From NCBI GenBank assembly GCA_040954595.2, contig CM082584.2:9195061-9259060 (forward strand): a stretch of DNA of 64,000 nucleotides, written 5' to 3'. Every line of letters begins with the position of its first letter. Position 1 is the stretch's first letter. The position numbers were made by a program, and so were the translations under genes. The notes under the pieces are model-generated. The model ran no database searches and was not told where the DNA came from. It saw only the letters and a program-made list of their open reading frames with translations. This document shows, piece after piece, positions 12,301 through 24,100 of the stretch. Origin of the DNA: Balanoglossus misakiensis. Lineage: Eukaryota; Animalia; Hemichordata.

Positions 12301-15300
12301 CACCGGTGATACCTACAACAGCACGGTTGAATACACGTGTGAGCAAGGCTACCAGTTGGTGGGCAGTGGAGTGCACGTTTGTCAGGCAAATCGCATGTGG
12401 AGTGGAAACGCTCCCGTGTGCGAGATCATAAGGTGTAGGTCACCTGCCAATGTGGAACACAGTAAATACACAGGAGAAAAAGTGACATTTGATAGTTCAC
12501 TCCAGTATGATTGTCTGTCTGGATATGATCTTCACGGTAGTGCGACAGTCACTTGTCAGGCAGATGGTACTTGGACAGAGTTTCCGTCTTGCGTGCCTGT
12601 TGATTGTGGAGCGCTTTCGTCAATCAATAATGGCAATGTAGATGCAGATGAATTCACCTATGGTAGTGTTGCTCGGTATGGTTGTGATGTTGGCTACCAG
12701 CTCGAAGGCACCAGTGAGCTAAGATGTCTTGCTGATGGTAAATGGAGTGATCAACCTCCCATATGCACTAAAATATCCTGTGGATTACCTCGCCACGTCG
12801 AAAATTCTGAACATACTGGATCATCGTTCTTTTATGGAAACAAAGTTCATTACACTTGTGACGAGGGTTATGAATTGTATGGCAATGACACAATTGAGTG
12901 TTTGGTAACAGGAGCTTGGACTGGAGTCCCTCAGTGCAACAAAGTAGTATGTGGAGAACCAGTCAAGTTAGAAAATGGTATCCATCAGTTTACCGGAACT
13001 GAGTATGGTGATATGGTTTCCTACAGTTGTAACATTGGATTCCAAATGGTTGGTGTACCTTTGCGGCACTGTACTGCAAGTGGCAAGTGGGGTGGAAAAC
13101 TACCAATATGTGAAATTGTCTCTTGTGGAGAACCGCTAACAGTTGCGTATGGAGTATACACTGTACAGTCACACGTGTACGGTAGTGTTGCAAATTATAC
13201 GTGTGATGTCGGGTACGATCTGAGCACAGAGGATCCTGTCAGATGTCAAGATACTGGGAACTGGAGTGACATCCCTCATTGTTTGCCAAAAGTTTGCACA
13301 AGACCTGCTGCTATGCCAAATCGTATAGCAGTAGTCTCTGGTTTAACGTATGGTGAAAACATTACTTATGATTGTGCAGCTGGCTATCGCCTGAGGGGCA
13401 GTAAGCATATAACATGTCAGTCAGATGCATCATGGAGTGATGCAGCTCCAGAGTGCGATATTGTTAACTGTGGTCCACCTGTTGATGTCCACCATGCTTC
13501 AGTCAGTGGAACAAAGTATGAATACCAAAGTACAGCCAAGTTCAAGTGTCATCCTGGGTACAAAATGCTGGGAAATTCATCAGTGATCTGCCAAGCCTCT
13601 GGCAAGTGGACTGCACCGCCAGTTTGTTCCCCTGTTAGCTGTGGCCCACCAGCGGGAATACAGAATGGTGTTTTCCATGGGGAAGGGTACGTCTTCAATC
13701 AAAGTGTCCAATACAGCTGTGATTCAGGTTACACTCTTCGGGGACATGCAAAGATGGTATGTCAAGAAGATACAACATGGAGTGGAGCGTCCCCTCACTG
13801 CGATATTGTTTCTTGTGGTGAACCGCCAGATGTTGCTCATGCCTCAATGCATGGTGATGAAGTGACCTTTAGAAGCGTTGTCCGCTACAGGTGCGATCCT
13901 GGATATAGGTTGTCAGGGAATGAGACGATACTTTGTCCGGCTGATGGAGTATGGACCCAACACCCTACATGCAATCCTGTAGACTGTGGTCAGCCAAATG
14001 ATGTCCTGAACTCAATCAAAAGTGTCACTGAAACAACATTTGGAAGTCTTGTTTCATACGACTGTGATGATGGATATATTCCAGTGGGAGACTTGGATAG
14101 AATTTGCCAAGATGATGGTAGTTGGAGTGGTAACTCTCCGATATGCCAGATTGTGACTTGCAACAAGGCGTTATCTTTGAAGCATGCTTCTAACAATGGG
14201 AGTTCAAGCTACTTCTTTGGTGATGTGATTCACTACACATGCGATCGAGGTTATGAAAGGAGTGGGAATGTTTTTGTTCAATGTCAAGATACTGGGAAGT
14301 GGACAGACCTGCCCGTTTGCGGCCCAGTCAGTTGCGGCAGGCCTGAAACGATCCTGTCCGGAAGGGTGCACTTCTCAGGAGAGACATTCAAACACAATGC
14401 AACATATGCATGTGACACTGGGTATCAGTTGCGTGGAATATCAGCCAGGTCATGTCAAGCCGACAGATCTTGGAGTGACGACGCCCCAGTATGCGAGATC
14501 ATCAGTTGTGGCCGCCCACCAGAAGTTATACACTCTACCTATGATGACAGTAGTGGACATGTGTATGGAAGCGTTTCTGTTTACAAGTGCAGCACTGGGT
14601 ATAATTCCATTGGCAATGTTTCAGTCACCTGCAAAGAAAACGGTCAGTGGACAGCTCCTCCTGTCTGCACTCCTGTGTCGTGCAACCAACCAGAAATTGT
14701 TGAACATGCCTTTGTTACATCTCCTGGAAACTCATTCAGACAGAAGATCTTATTCCAGTGTGAACAGGGTTACCAACTGATCGGTGATAATGAGAGAGAA
14801 TGTCTTGCAAGTGGTAGATGGAGTGGATCTGCTCCGCAATGTCAGCTGATATCCTGCGAGTTGCCGCATACTATCGTGAACGGAGACTACTTTGGTGAAG
14901 AATTCACCTTTGGAAGTTCAGTTACCTATGAGTGTCATGAGGGATATGAACTTAGAGGATTGAAAACAGTTCATTGCTTGGAAAATGGGCTGTGGACGCA
15001 AGAGCCGACTTGTACACCTGTGCTATGTGAAGCACTTGACGAAATTCAGCATGCAAATGCTGTATTTTCGGGTCATACATATGGGCACACAGTCAGTTAT
15101 ACGTGCGAACGTGGGTACACATTGACGGGAGACACTGAACGTATCTGTCAGTCAGATGGCACATGGAGTGAAGTTCCACCTGTTTGTGACATTGTGACCT
15201 GTGGAAGACCGGATAGTGTCCAGTTTGCGGCTAGAAAGGAAAATGGCAACACGTATGGAAGCATTGTAAGGTATCACTGCATGCCTGGATATGAGCTTCG

Positions 15301-18300
15301 AGGGGAATCAACTGTCAGGTGTCAAGCTTCTGGAAGCTGGGGTCTACCTCCCACGTGTATTCCCGTTACATGCAGGCAACTGCGTGATATACCGCATGGC
15401 AGTGTCACCTTGCCTGGTGTAACATTCGGTACAACTGCCATTTATGAATGCGAAACAGGGTACAGACTGCGTGGCAGCCAGGAGAGGACATGTCAAGCTA
15501 ACAGAGGTTGGAGTGGAAGTCTACCAGTTTGTCAGCAGATATCTTGTGGAACTCCAGGAGATGTTCTCCACGCAACCTTCTCGGGACACGAATTCACTTA
15601 CGGAAGTTCTGTCTTTTACACATGCGATACGGGGTATGACATGGTTGGTGACCGATCAATAGAGTGTTTAGTCACAGGGGAATGGACACAGGCCCCAGCC
15701 TGCATGCTCGTTAGCTGTGGACCGCCACTCAGCACTTCCAAAGAAATCATTATCGGAAGTGATTTCTCATATGGACAGGTTGTTGAGATTGATTGTATTC
15801 TGGGGTTTGAAGTGGAAGGCGAGGAATATATACTATGCCAGGCGAATGGAGAATGGTCTTCAATTCCCAAGTGTGTCCCTGTCAACTGCGGGGAACCGAA
15901 AGACGTGCCTCATGCCACAGTCAGTGGAAGCCAGTTTAGATATGGCAACAGAGTTTATTATGTGTGTAATGATGGCTATGAGCTGATTGGCAGTGACCTT
16001 ATGGAATGTCAGGCCAGTGGTGAATGGACAGCACCACCAACATGTGAACCCATCACATGTGGGATGCCTCCTCCTCTTGCACACGCAACATTCTCCACAA
16101 CCGGTTACAGTTATACAGACATTTTGACGTATCATTGTGACGTTGGGTATAGGATTGACGGACCAGACCAAAGGGAGTGTGAGGCTAGTGGTCATTGGAA
16201 CGGAGATGCACCGCAGTGTCTACTTATTTCGTGCGGCCCACCAAAGAAGATTTCACATGCTACTTTGCTGTATACTGATTACACCTACAACAGTGTAGCA
16301 AGGTATTCGTGTCAACCAGGGCACGAGCTCGTCGGCAGTGACCAAGTGATATGTTCCTCCAGTGGTCAATGGACTCCCGAATCACCAGAATGCAAAATTG
16401 TCAATTGTGCCCCTCCACATTCAATTGCTAATGGCCAAGTACGTGGTACAAATTATTCCCAAAGCAGTGTCATCACATACCATTGTGACACTGGATACAA
16501 ACTCATTGGTGTTGGCAGCCAGACATGTTTATTGAACAAAACCTGGAGCTACAAACAGCCAAAGTGTGAACTGATTAAGTGTAAAGCTCCAGATGGCATT
16601 GCCAATGGAAGGGTTATTGAAGATGACTACTATTTTGACAGCACAATAGAATATGTCTGTGATTCTGGGTATGAACTGAGTGGTCCTAGGACAAGAAGTT
16701 GCCAAACTGACTCCACCTGGAGTGGTGCTACATCTGTGTGCAGAGAAGTGAGATGTGGGGCGCCGCCGACCGTTGACAATGGACATCATTTCCTGCAACA
16801 CCGGGATGATTACATCTTTGGTAGTAGGGTGCAGTACATCTGCAACATTGGTTACATAATGAGTTCAGATGGGGGACTTGTATGTACCGCGAATGGATCC
16901 TGGCAAGGAAACGTTCCGACTTGCGACAGAAAGTCATGCGGTCAACCTGCAGCGCCGCCGGAAGGATTCATCCTGTCCGGAACGTTCCTGTACAGTGACA
17001 TCCTGGAATATGCCTGCTTGCCTGGTTACAACATGATTGGTGATAACATGCGTCGATGCCAATCTACCGGGAGATGGAGTGGCAGTGTTCCAGTCTGTCA
17101 GCCGGTGTCTTGCGGACCGCCACCTGGTGTGAGATTTGCCTCAGCACATGCTCAACATCACACTTTCAATAGTGTTGTGACATACTCTTGCAATGCAGGA
17201 TATGAACTGCAGGGCCTAAACTCAGCCAAGTGTCTTGCAAGTGCTTCCTGGTCAGATGTTTACTCACAGTGTTTTCCAGTTTCATGTGGATTTCCTCCCA
17301 CACTACAGAATGGCAACTATCACGGAATTGATTATACATTTGGACAGACAGTGCACTACTATTGTCACCCAGGGTACATTTTACAAGGTAAATAATTAGT
17401 TTACAAATACTTTGTATTCACAATTCAAGTCAGTGAACAAAGCAATAATATGCATATTTTAGTGAAATATATTTGACCACATTTTATAAGTAAGAAACTT
17501 TTAATCAAAGTAAAACAACTAAGTATATATTACCATAATCATATTTATTAGGCAGCTCATTACGACACTGCATTGCTAATGGTCATTGGAATGGGACATC
17601 ACCAAGGTGCAGCCCTATCCAGTGTGGTTCGCCCGCTCCTATCGTGTCTGGGGAAGTCATGGGCAATGAATGGTCTCTGGGTAACTCTGTGTTTTATGTG
17701 TGCTATTCTGGCTACACCATCAACGGGAACAGCAGTAGAACATGCCAAGCAAACGGAGAATGGAGTGGACGGACACCGCATTGTGAGCCAATCTCATGTG
17801 GTCCACCACCTGTCATACCTCGCAGTTTTATATCAGGTATGATTATTAATTATGTAATTAAAATCTATAAAACTTTGTAGCTTTTCACAGAAATCCTAGC
17901 TAACAATGCAAAAATGCAAGAAGGAATCAACTGGTTTTGTTCAATGTGAGATTGATGGCTTTGATGAGGATTTATAACCTGTTTAATTCCCTTCTGTTCA
18001 CAGGTGCCAACTACAATTTTGGTGAATATGTAGTATATGTCTGCCAAGACGGATATTTCCTCATCGGAAACAGCGTGCGACAGTGCCAGTCAGATGGAAC
18101 ATGGAGTGGTGGAAACCTTACATGCAGTCCAGTGGTTTGTGCCCAACCGATTCCGCCCAGCCAGGGGGATGTATCCTCATACGATAACAGCTATGGCAGC
18201 AGAGCATACTTTTCGTGCGATGAAGGGTACGTTCTGCAAGGCCACTCACACAGGGTTTGCCTGGCGTCTGGAGAATGGTCTGGTCATATGCCCAGGTGTG

Positions 18301-19915
18301 AACCTGTTGAGTGCGGACAGCCCCCTGCAGTGTCCGGTGCGGTGTCGCTCACTTCAGACAACCGCAAAATCAGTCCAAGTCATCGATTTTACTTCCATGA
18401 CAGCATCAAGTACCTGTGCCAGCAGGGATACAGATTGGAAGGCGATCCAGTCATCCAGTGTGATTCAGGTGGAGCATGGACTCAGCCGCCAGTATGTGAA
18501 GCACTTTCCTGCAATGCTGTTGCCAGCATAGCTCATGGATATGTGTCTGCTCCCAGCCTTAAAGTTAACGCGTCTGTCATGTACGGATGCCAGGCAGGAT
18601 ATGAACTCCGCGGCCAGGCTGCTTCTTTGTGCCAACCTGATCAGACTTGGAACAATCCTCCTCCAGTCTGTCAGCCGGTCTCCTGTGGCACCCCGTACCC
18701 GCTGGACAATGGCTATGTGGATGGACATTCGTATCTTGTGTACAACAGCGTTGTCAGTTACAAATGCATCAATGGTTACGTTCTCGTGGGGAATAACACA
18801 AGTAGGTGTCAGGCAGACAAGACATGGACAATGCTCGATGCCACTTGCGAGCCAGTGGAATGCGGACCGCCTCCTGATGTGCCTAACGCCGTAATGAGCG
18901 CAGCTTCTGGACAGCACTATGGGATAAGAGTGACGTACACTTGCGAGGAGGACTTCAAATTGATTGGTCCAAGTGAAGTGATGTGTGCCTCAAACGGCAG
19001 ATGGCAAGGCACTCCAAGGTGTGAAGGTAAGAAGACAGGTAATATTTCAGAACATCAGAAGAACTTTGAAATTGAAAACCTTTCACTCGCTACATATACA
19101 AATAAGCATGTTGTTACACACCTTAATGTAAAAAATTCTGGCTCAAATTATGAAATACATCTAAAAATTAAAATGTCATTTTTGCTGTCATTTACCCAAT
19201 TTTTATTTTTCCCTCAAGAAAATAAATTTGAAGACTTTCAACAGGCAGTATGCATCCTTCCATGCTTGCATGGTGGTACGTGCATAGCACCCTACCAGTG
19301 CAAGTGTCCCCCTGGATATTCCGGGACAAGATGTGAAATAGGTGAGTTATCAGAGATGAAGTGGACCCTTGCTATGTCAGCAGGTTATGGCTCCCAATAG
19401 GAGTTAACCCAAGATGTTATTGTCCGGGCATAGTTCTTTCTGCAATGTACCATAGTATAATTGTACATGTTCAATGTGGAAATAAATCAGATCAAGGATA
19501 TTTATGAGTAGATTAAGATTACCAACAGGATGAGATGTTGGATTTAATTTTACAGAATTATGTCGGGGACGTTGCCTGATTAATGGGAGATGTTACGGAA
19601 GAAACCGCTGTAGATGTGGCCCAGGCAGAGCTGATAGCTGTGAGAGGTAATAACTAAACAGGTTTCACACAAGCTATAGAAATCCATAGACCTTATGCAT
19701 GTGAACTGACAGAAAGGGGCAATTTCGAATTCATGTCATAGCAGTGCCAAGAAAGAAAAACATAAATATACATTAGCACACTCATATTTCTCAGCTTAGT
19801 TTTTGTATATTTAAAGGAGCAATTTTCAATCCCTGATATTCACATTGATTCATGGTGACACTGAATATTTATGCCTTGTTTTCACAGGAGGCAGAGACCT
19901 GGGTATTATTCCTGA
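377..19915 (+). CDS. SVEP1: SVEP1/polydom-like extracellular matrix protein (vWA, ephrin-receptor-like Cys-rich repeats, CCP/Sushi, 2 HYR, 6 EGF, pentraxin, long CCP array, C-terminal EGFs); 5' exons lie upstream of the window
   Basis: Exons joined with consistent phase: 377-632, 889-1065, 1380-1544, 1785-1964, 2184-2363, 2776-2970, 3090-3338, 3470-3706, 4391-4585, 4817-4941, 5171-5240, 5437-5685, 5884-6114, 6343-6504, 6694-6855, 7046-7207, 7323-7460, 7626-7739, 7962-8075, 8286-8484, 8607-8764, 8940-9138, 9309-9481, 9752-9991, 10236-10415, 10533-10706, 10869-17387, 17552-17836, 18004-19026, 19219-19341, 19556-19646, 19888-19915. Total 12753 nt, divisible by 3. Motifs: v[14 protein letters not shown]...[15 protein letters not shown]; pentraxin [25 protein letters not shown]; C-terminal [30 protein letters not shown]. 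The domain order matches SVEP1. Confidence 0.95.
7208..7322 (+). other. SVEP1: GC-AG intron in SVEP1
   Basis: The exon ends TGT GAA G followed by GCAAGT. Only this donor gives the phase-1 join to the acceptor at 7321-7322 (G|GG GTC GAC). The nearby GT at 7212 would shift the frame. Confidence 0.8.
9566..9686. repeat. Two tandem copies (88-nt spacing) of a hairpin-forming unit in a SVEP1 intron
   Basis: ACTTAATCTGTG-9nt-CACAGATTAAGT at 9566-9598 and ACTTAATCTGT-11nt-ACAGATTAAGT at 9654-9686, with similar flanks. Confidence 0.75.
10735..10808 (-). mobile_element. Terminal fragment of a non-autonomous interspersed element (Helentron-associated/pearl-like), copy 1
   Basis: CAATCACCCTATCTGATAAGCTCC...ACAGTGGAGCTAAAA matches the reverse complement of 30446-30495. 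It has an AGCTCC/GGAGCT hairpin next to degenerate GACA/GACG tetramers. Confidence 0.6.
10869..17387 (+). other. SVEP1: Single 6519-nt coding exon of SVEP1 encoding 37 complete CCP/Sushi modules plus part of a 38th
   Basis: Acceptor acttacag at 10861-10868, donor caag|gtaaat after 17387, and an uninterrupted 2169-aa ORF with a repeating C..P..C..GY..C..W..P.C pattern. Confidence 0.93.
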
Positions 19916-21112
19916 GCTGAAGACACAAAGACTGCATATGGTGAAATTCTATTTACATTTTTCAGCAGCAGTTACCAACTTCCACATGGACCATCTGGGG
20001 ATTAATGCAGGAAACTACACTTCAAAACAAACAATAGTAACAACTGACCAAGTGAATTGTTGCTTGACCGCCCATTGAGTGTGTTTTATATTTCAGAAAG
20101 GCAAACATCACAAGGTCAAAACTGTGGTAACAATATGGTATTTTGGTTGACTCATTACTGTTATTTGGAGTATATGGCTTATTAGTTTTGAACGCAGTTG
20201 TTCCTAAAGGATGCTCTTTCAGAGGGAGACCCTTATATGCTTATACTTGGTTTCCGACAATGTGATATTGTATCTAAAGAAATTTGAATTGTGACGAATT
20301 TACAGTATTTGATAAGTTATCCACCAGTAGCCAAGATATACATGACATTGTTGTTTTTTTCTTTATAAAGATCTCCTTACATAGCATTAGCGTGAGGAAA
20401 AGACTAAACTGATGAAGTGAAGCTTTTTCTCTTAGTGGTGCTATTACCAACTCAATTAACACTGCCTGAATGATATTCACATAGGAAGTGAAATGTTTAC
20501 AAAAAACAATGCCTGTTGTGTGATCGTAACATGGACAACAAAGAAGAGTGTTTTAGGGAGAATTCTGGCTTTAACATTCTGTAACTGTGTTATAATAGTA
20601 ACATTATTATATTGGTTCTGTAGTTTGAAACAATTGGGAGCTGGGCATGTTTTCTCAGTGGCAAGGAATCAGAAAGTGGGACCTATCTTTTCATTTCAAA
20701 GTTAGAGAATAGCTCACTGGTATTTAAATCATTAATATATAATAAAATAATAACAGAGAAACAAAAAAACAAAAACAAACAAAAAAGCATTAAGGTAAAT
20801 TCACGACTATTTTTATTCAGAATATACAAGCGTCTTCCATTGTAAGAGTCGTTACTGGCAGTGGTAAAAATAATAACAATTTTTGATAAAAATTGTTGTG
20901 CCTTGAATTTAGATGGATTATTTTATTGTAATCAATTAAATATGTAAAACTGTCTCCTATGATTTTCATAAATTTTGTATCTCATTGAATAAACATCAAA
21001 TACATGAATTCATTTGATTCAATAAAATTAGATTTCAAAATCATTTGTTCAAAGTGCTTTTAGTTGAGAGTTTTACAATTCTCATAACGTCCATGGCAAT
21101 CATTTCAAGTTT

Positions 21113-24100
21113 TCACTGTGACATATGGGAACTCAGTGCAAAGAAACCTCCATCAGTGGATGCCTGTTGATAATAAAAATAAACAAAAAATAAAATAAAT
21201 AAATAAAATAATATAAACAAATAAATAAATAAATAAATAAAACAAATAAACAATAACAAATCTAGAACTGCTTTAGGGTATACAGTGTCCAGCATCTGCT
21301 GTCCTCTCGCGTTTCCTCCTACTTTGGAATATTGATAAAAAGCACTTCATGACCGGAAAGATGTTGATGAAAGTGCAAGTCGTATTTGTCTGTCAATTCT
21401 TGCTAGTGAATCCTGATTTTAATTCTGCTTGCGATGGGTATTTGTGAAAGTTTGACATTTATGAGGTTAACTCAATCACAGTCCCTGTTGACTGGGATTA
21501 GTAGTTTTCAAGTACCCTCTTTATGTGGAGAATGGATTAAGGGGGGGGGGGGGGGGGGGCTAGATAAGTAAACATACTGTTTTAAACATTGGGCTGACTT
21601 GAAAAAAATTTCCATACACTACCATATACCTACTAGTGTATTAATTTATATGGGAAAAAGTGCCCTCATATACATGCATCACACATCAGCCCGACTGCCC
21701 AAACAAAGTCACCTGCATATACTTCTGAATTATTTTCATTCTAGAAGTTACGCCCAGTGATTTCTATAAACATTCCAATCGTAAACACATCAGCATGAGA
21801 ACACATCATATCCAACTGTGTTTTGATGGTAGTAGCTATGCGAACCATTACCAACAAGTTGGATAGTTTCTGTTCGAAACTGACATAAAACATGTGAGTG
21901 ATAGACAAGGACTCATCATTTTGTTAGACTGCTTCTTACCTGGAAATTTGAACTTGGGGCAGTGTTGCTAGCAATGTTACTGACAGTTCTGATGGGTACC
22001 TCATTTGACCTGCAAAATTACAAAAATGCAATAATTATTCAGATGTCTAGTAGAGTGATAATGTTCTATTGTCTTGTCCTTGGTAAAAAAAACTCTCCAT
22101 TCATTCTGCCATGAAAACTTCTTGTGTCATATTCTATATGACAGAAGCTATTACCACATACCTGTTTTCTTTGCCTTGTTGAGATTTCGGTGATGGCGTG
22201 CTGGCAGCTGAGAGTTCCAGTTCCTCCACACGTGGTAAGGTGACTGCTATTGTCTTGCCAGGTACTGCAAACTCATGAGGGATTGGTGAAATGGCAGGAG
22301 AAACAGAACCATCTCTGATTACTGATGTTACTGTTTTGTTGGGTTTAGTCATTACATCTGAAGAGGAAAGTTACAGAAATAAATGACATCCTCATTGTAC
22401 ACTTGTAGTAATGAAAATCCCACTTGGTCAAGAAAATTTCAGCTATTTTTTTAAAGCAAGGAAAAATACATGTAGAAGCCTGAAAGTATTTTTTCTGGTA
22501 TTTAATAAATTGGTTTCCTATGTCTTGCTGTTCCCGCTGCTGTTCAAGATGACAACAGACTGGAATGAAACTTACCACTGTTGGTGGTAGTGACATTGCC
22601 TGCATCAGCAAGGGGCTTTCTGTACGCTTGAAGTGACTGGAGCCTGGCCTGCGCTTGGCTCCTCTGCTGGGTAAGTGTTGCTATCTGTTCTGTGAGATCA
22701 GAATGCGGTGGTGGCATATTGGATGACAGTGTCACGGAAACTGCGGTTGCATCATCAGTGGAGGAGACTGGAACTTCCCCTGGTACAGCCGACAGTTGAT
22801 TAGCAGTCAGACCTGAAATAGAAGTTGCAAAAGAGTGAGTTTAGACAGGTTAATTACTGCACATACAAGTATACATACATGCATACAATGTGCTGTGAGA
22901 CTGAACAAGAGAAAAACGTCCACATACCTGTTGGCTTTGGCAGAGTACTTCTATCTCTTTGTCTAGGTGGTGATAGCAAGACAGCAGTTTGCAGTGGTTT
23001 GACGTAGGCAGGGAGTGTACTAAGAGCTGCTGTGAACTGGTCTGCCAATTCTGTGGCACTGTCGTTCTTGTTGGGCGCTTGTGTCTCATCTGCGAATAAC
23101 AATCAAATATTCCAGTTGTAAGGGAAAATTGTTGATATTGAATCTGGTCCTCAGACCCTTCCTTAGCTCTATGCCAATATGACATACAGCACTGTTGATA
23201 CATTAAATTATTTTACGCTATTAAAGGAAACTTTTAATTGTACATGTATTCTTTAAGAATGACAAACAGAAATTCCACAAAACCCCTCACTGACTTCCAT
23301 GTAGTGACCAACAGCTAGCTGTAATTTGACACAGCTACGAATGAACCTAGCTCACGCAGGAATTCCCATAACACGATCAAGTCTGCAATTCATTAAAAAG
23401 CTGTAACAGTCGAGTTCAAATTTCTCAGTGCGCAAAATAAATGCACCTATCATAGACTGTAACTGATCCACGTCTTTGGGTCACAGGAGCAATGACCTTT
23501 AACCTCTTCAGCATGTATGTGGTACAATGCCCACTGACTGTATGATACTTATCATTCCTGACCAACATGTACATACAGGGAATGCGGTTGATAGTGTACT
23601 TTGCTGGACACAGTATAAAGTAGAAGATCGCTGGCAGCTGACCGCACAGCTATCATATGCTCAATGAGCATGTAAAGTACCAGGCACTGTGTAAAAATTA
23701 ACTGCAAAATATTTTATCCAAATGATGGTACAACACAACACCTTTACCTGTTGGCTTGAAATCACTGGTGTTGTCATCTATAAACTCAGGATGTGGGAGA
23801 GATGAGATCTCTGGTTGAGTAGGAATGTCATTTTGTGGTGGGTTTATCTTTGGCTGCGGTTGGTATGGTTGAAATCCTTGCTTCTGAAGTATTGGTTGTT
23901 GTTGTTGTATATACTGCGGGTAGGGTTGAAATTGGGGCTGTGACTGCATCTCAGGGTTTCCGTTGCACATTGAGTAAATTGTATGCTGGATTTTAAGAAA
24001 AAGAAAAATAATGTTAAGAATCTGCCCTCTATACGCAGAACCAGGGAGTAAATGTTTATGTGCCTGAAAGTGTGGATTACAGAACTCACCTTCAGGTAAT

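Noticed and set aside
10928-18917. Many 60-175 aa ORFs overlapping SVEP1 on the minus strand or in alternative frames
   Set aside because: Shadow ORFs of the long Cys-rich coding exons, with no recognisable domains or splice structure.
19645-19650. In-frame TAA right after ...SCER as the SVEP1 stop
   Set aside because: It overlaps a good donor (AG|GTAAT). Splicing to 19888 gives RRQRPGYYS*, which resembles the basic human C-terminus, so the downstream exon is preferred.
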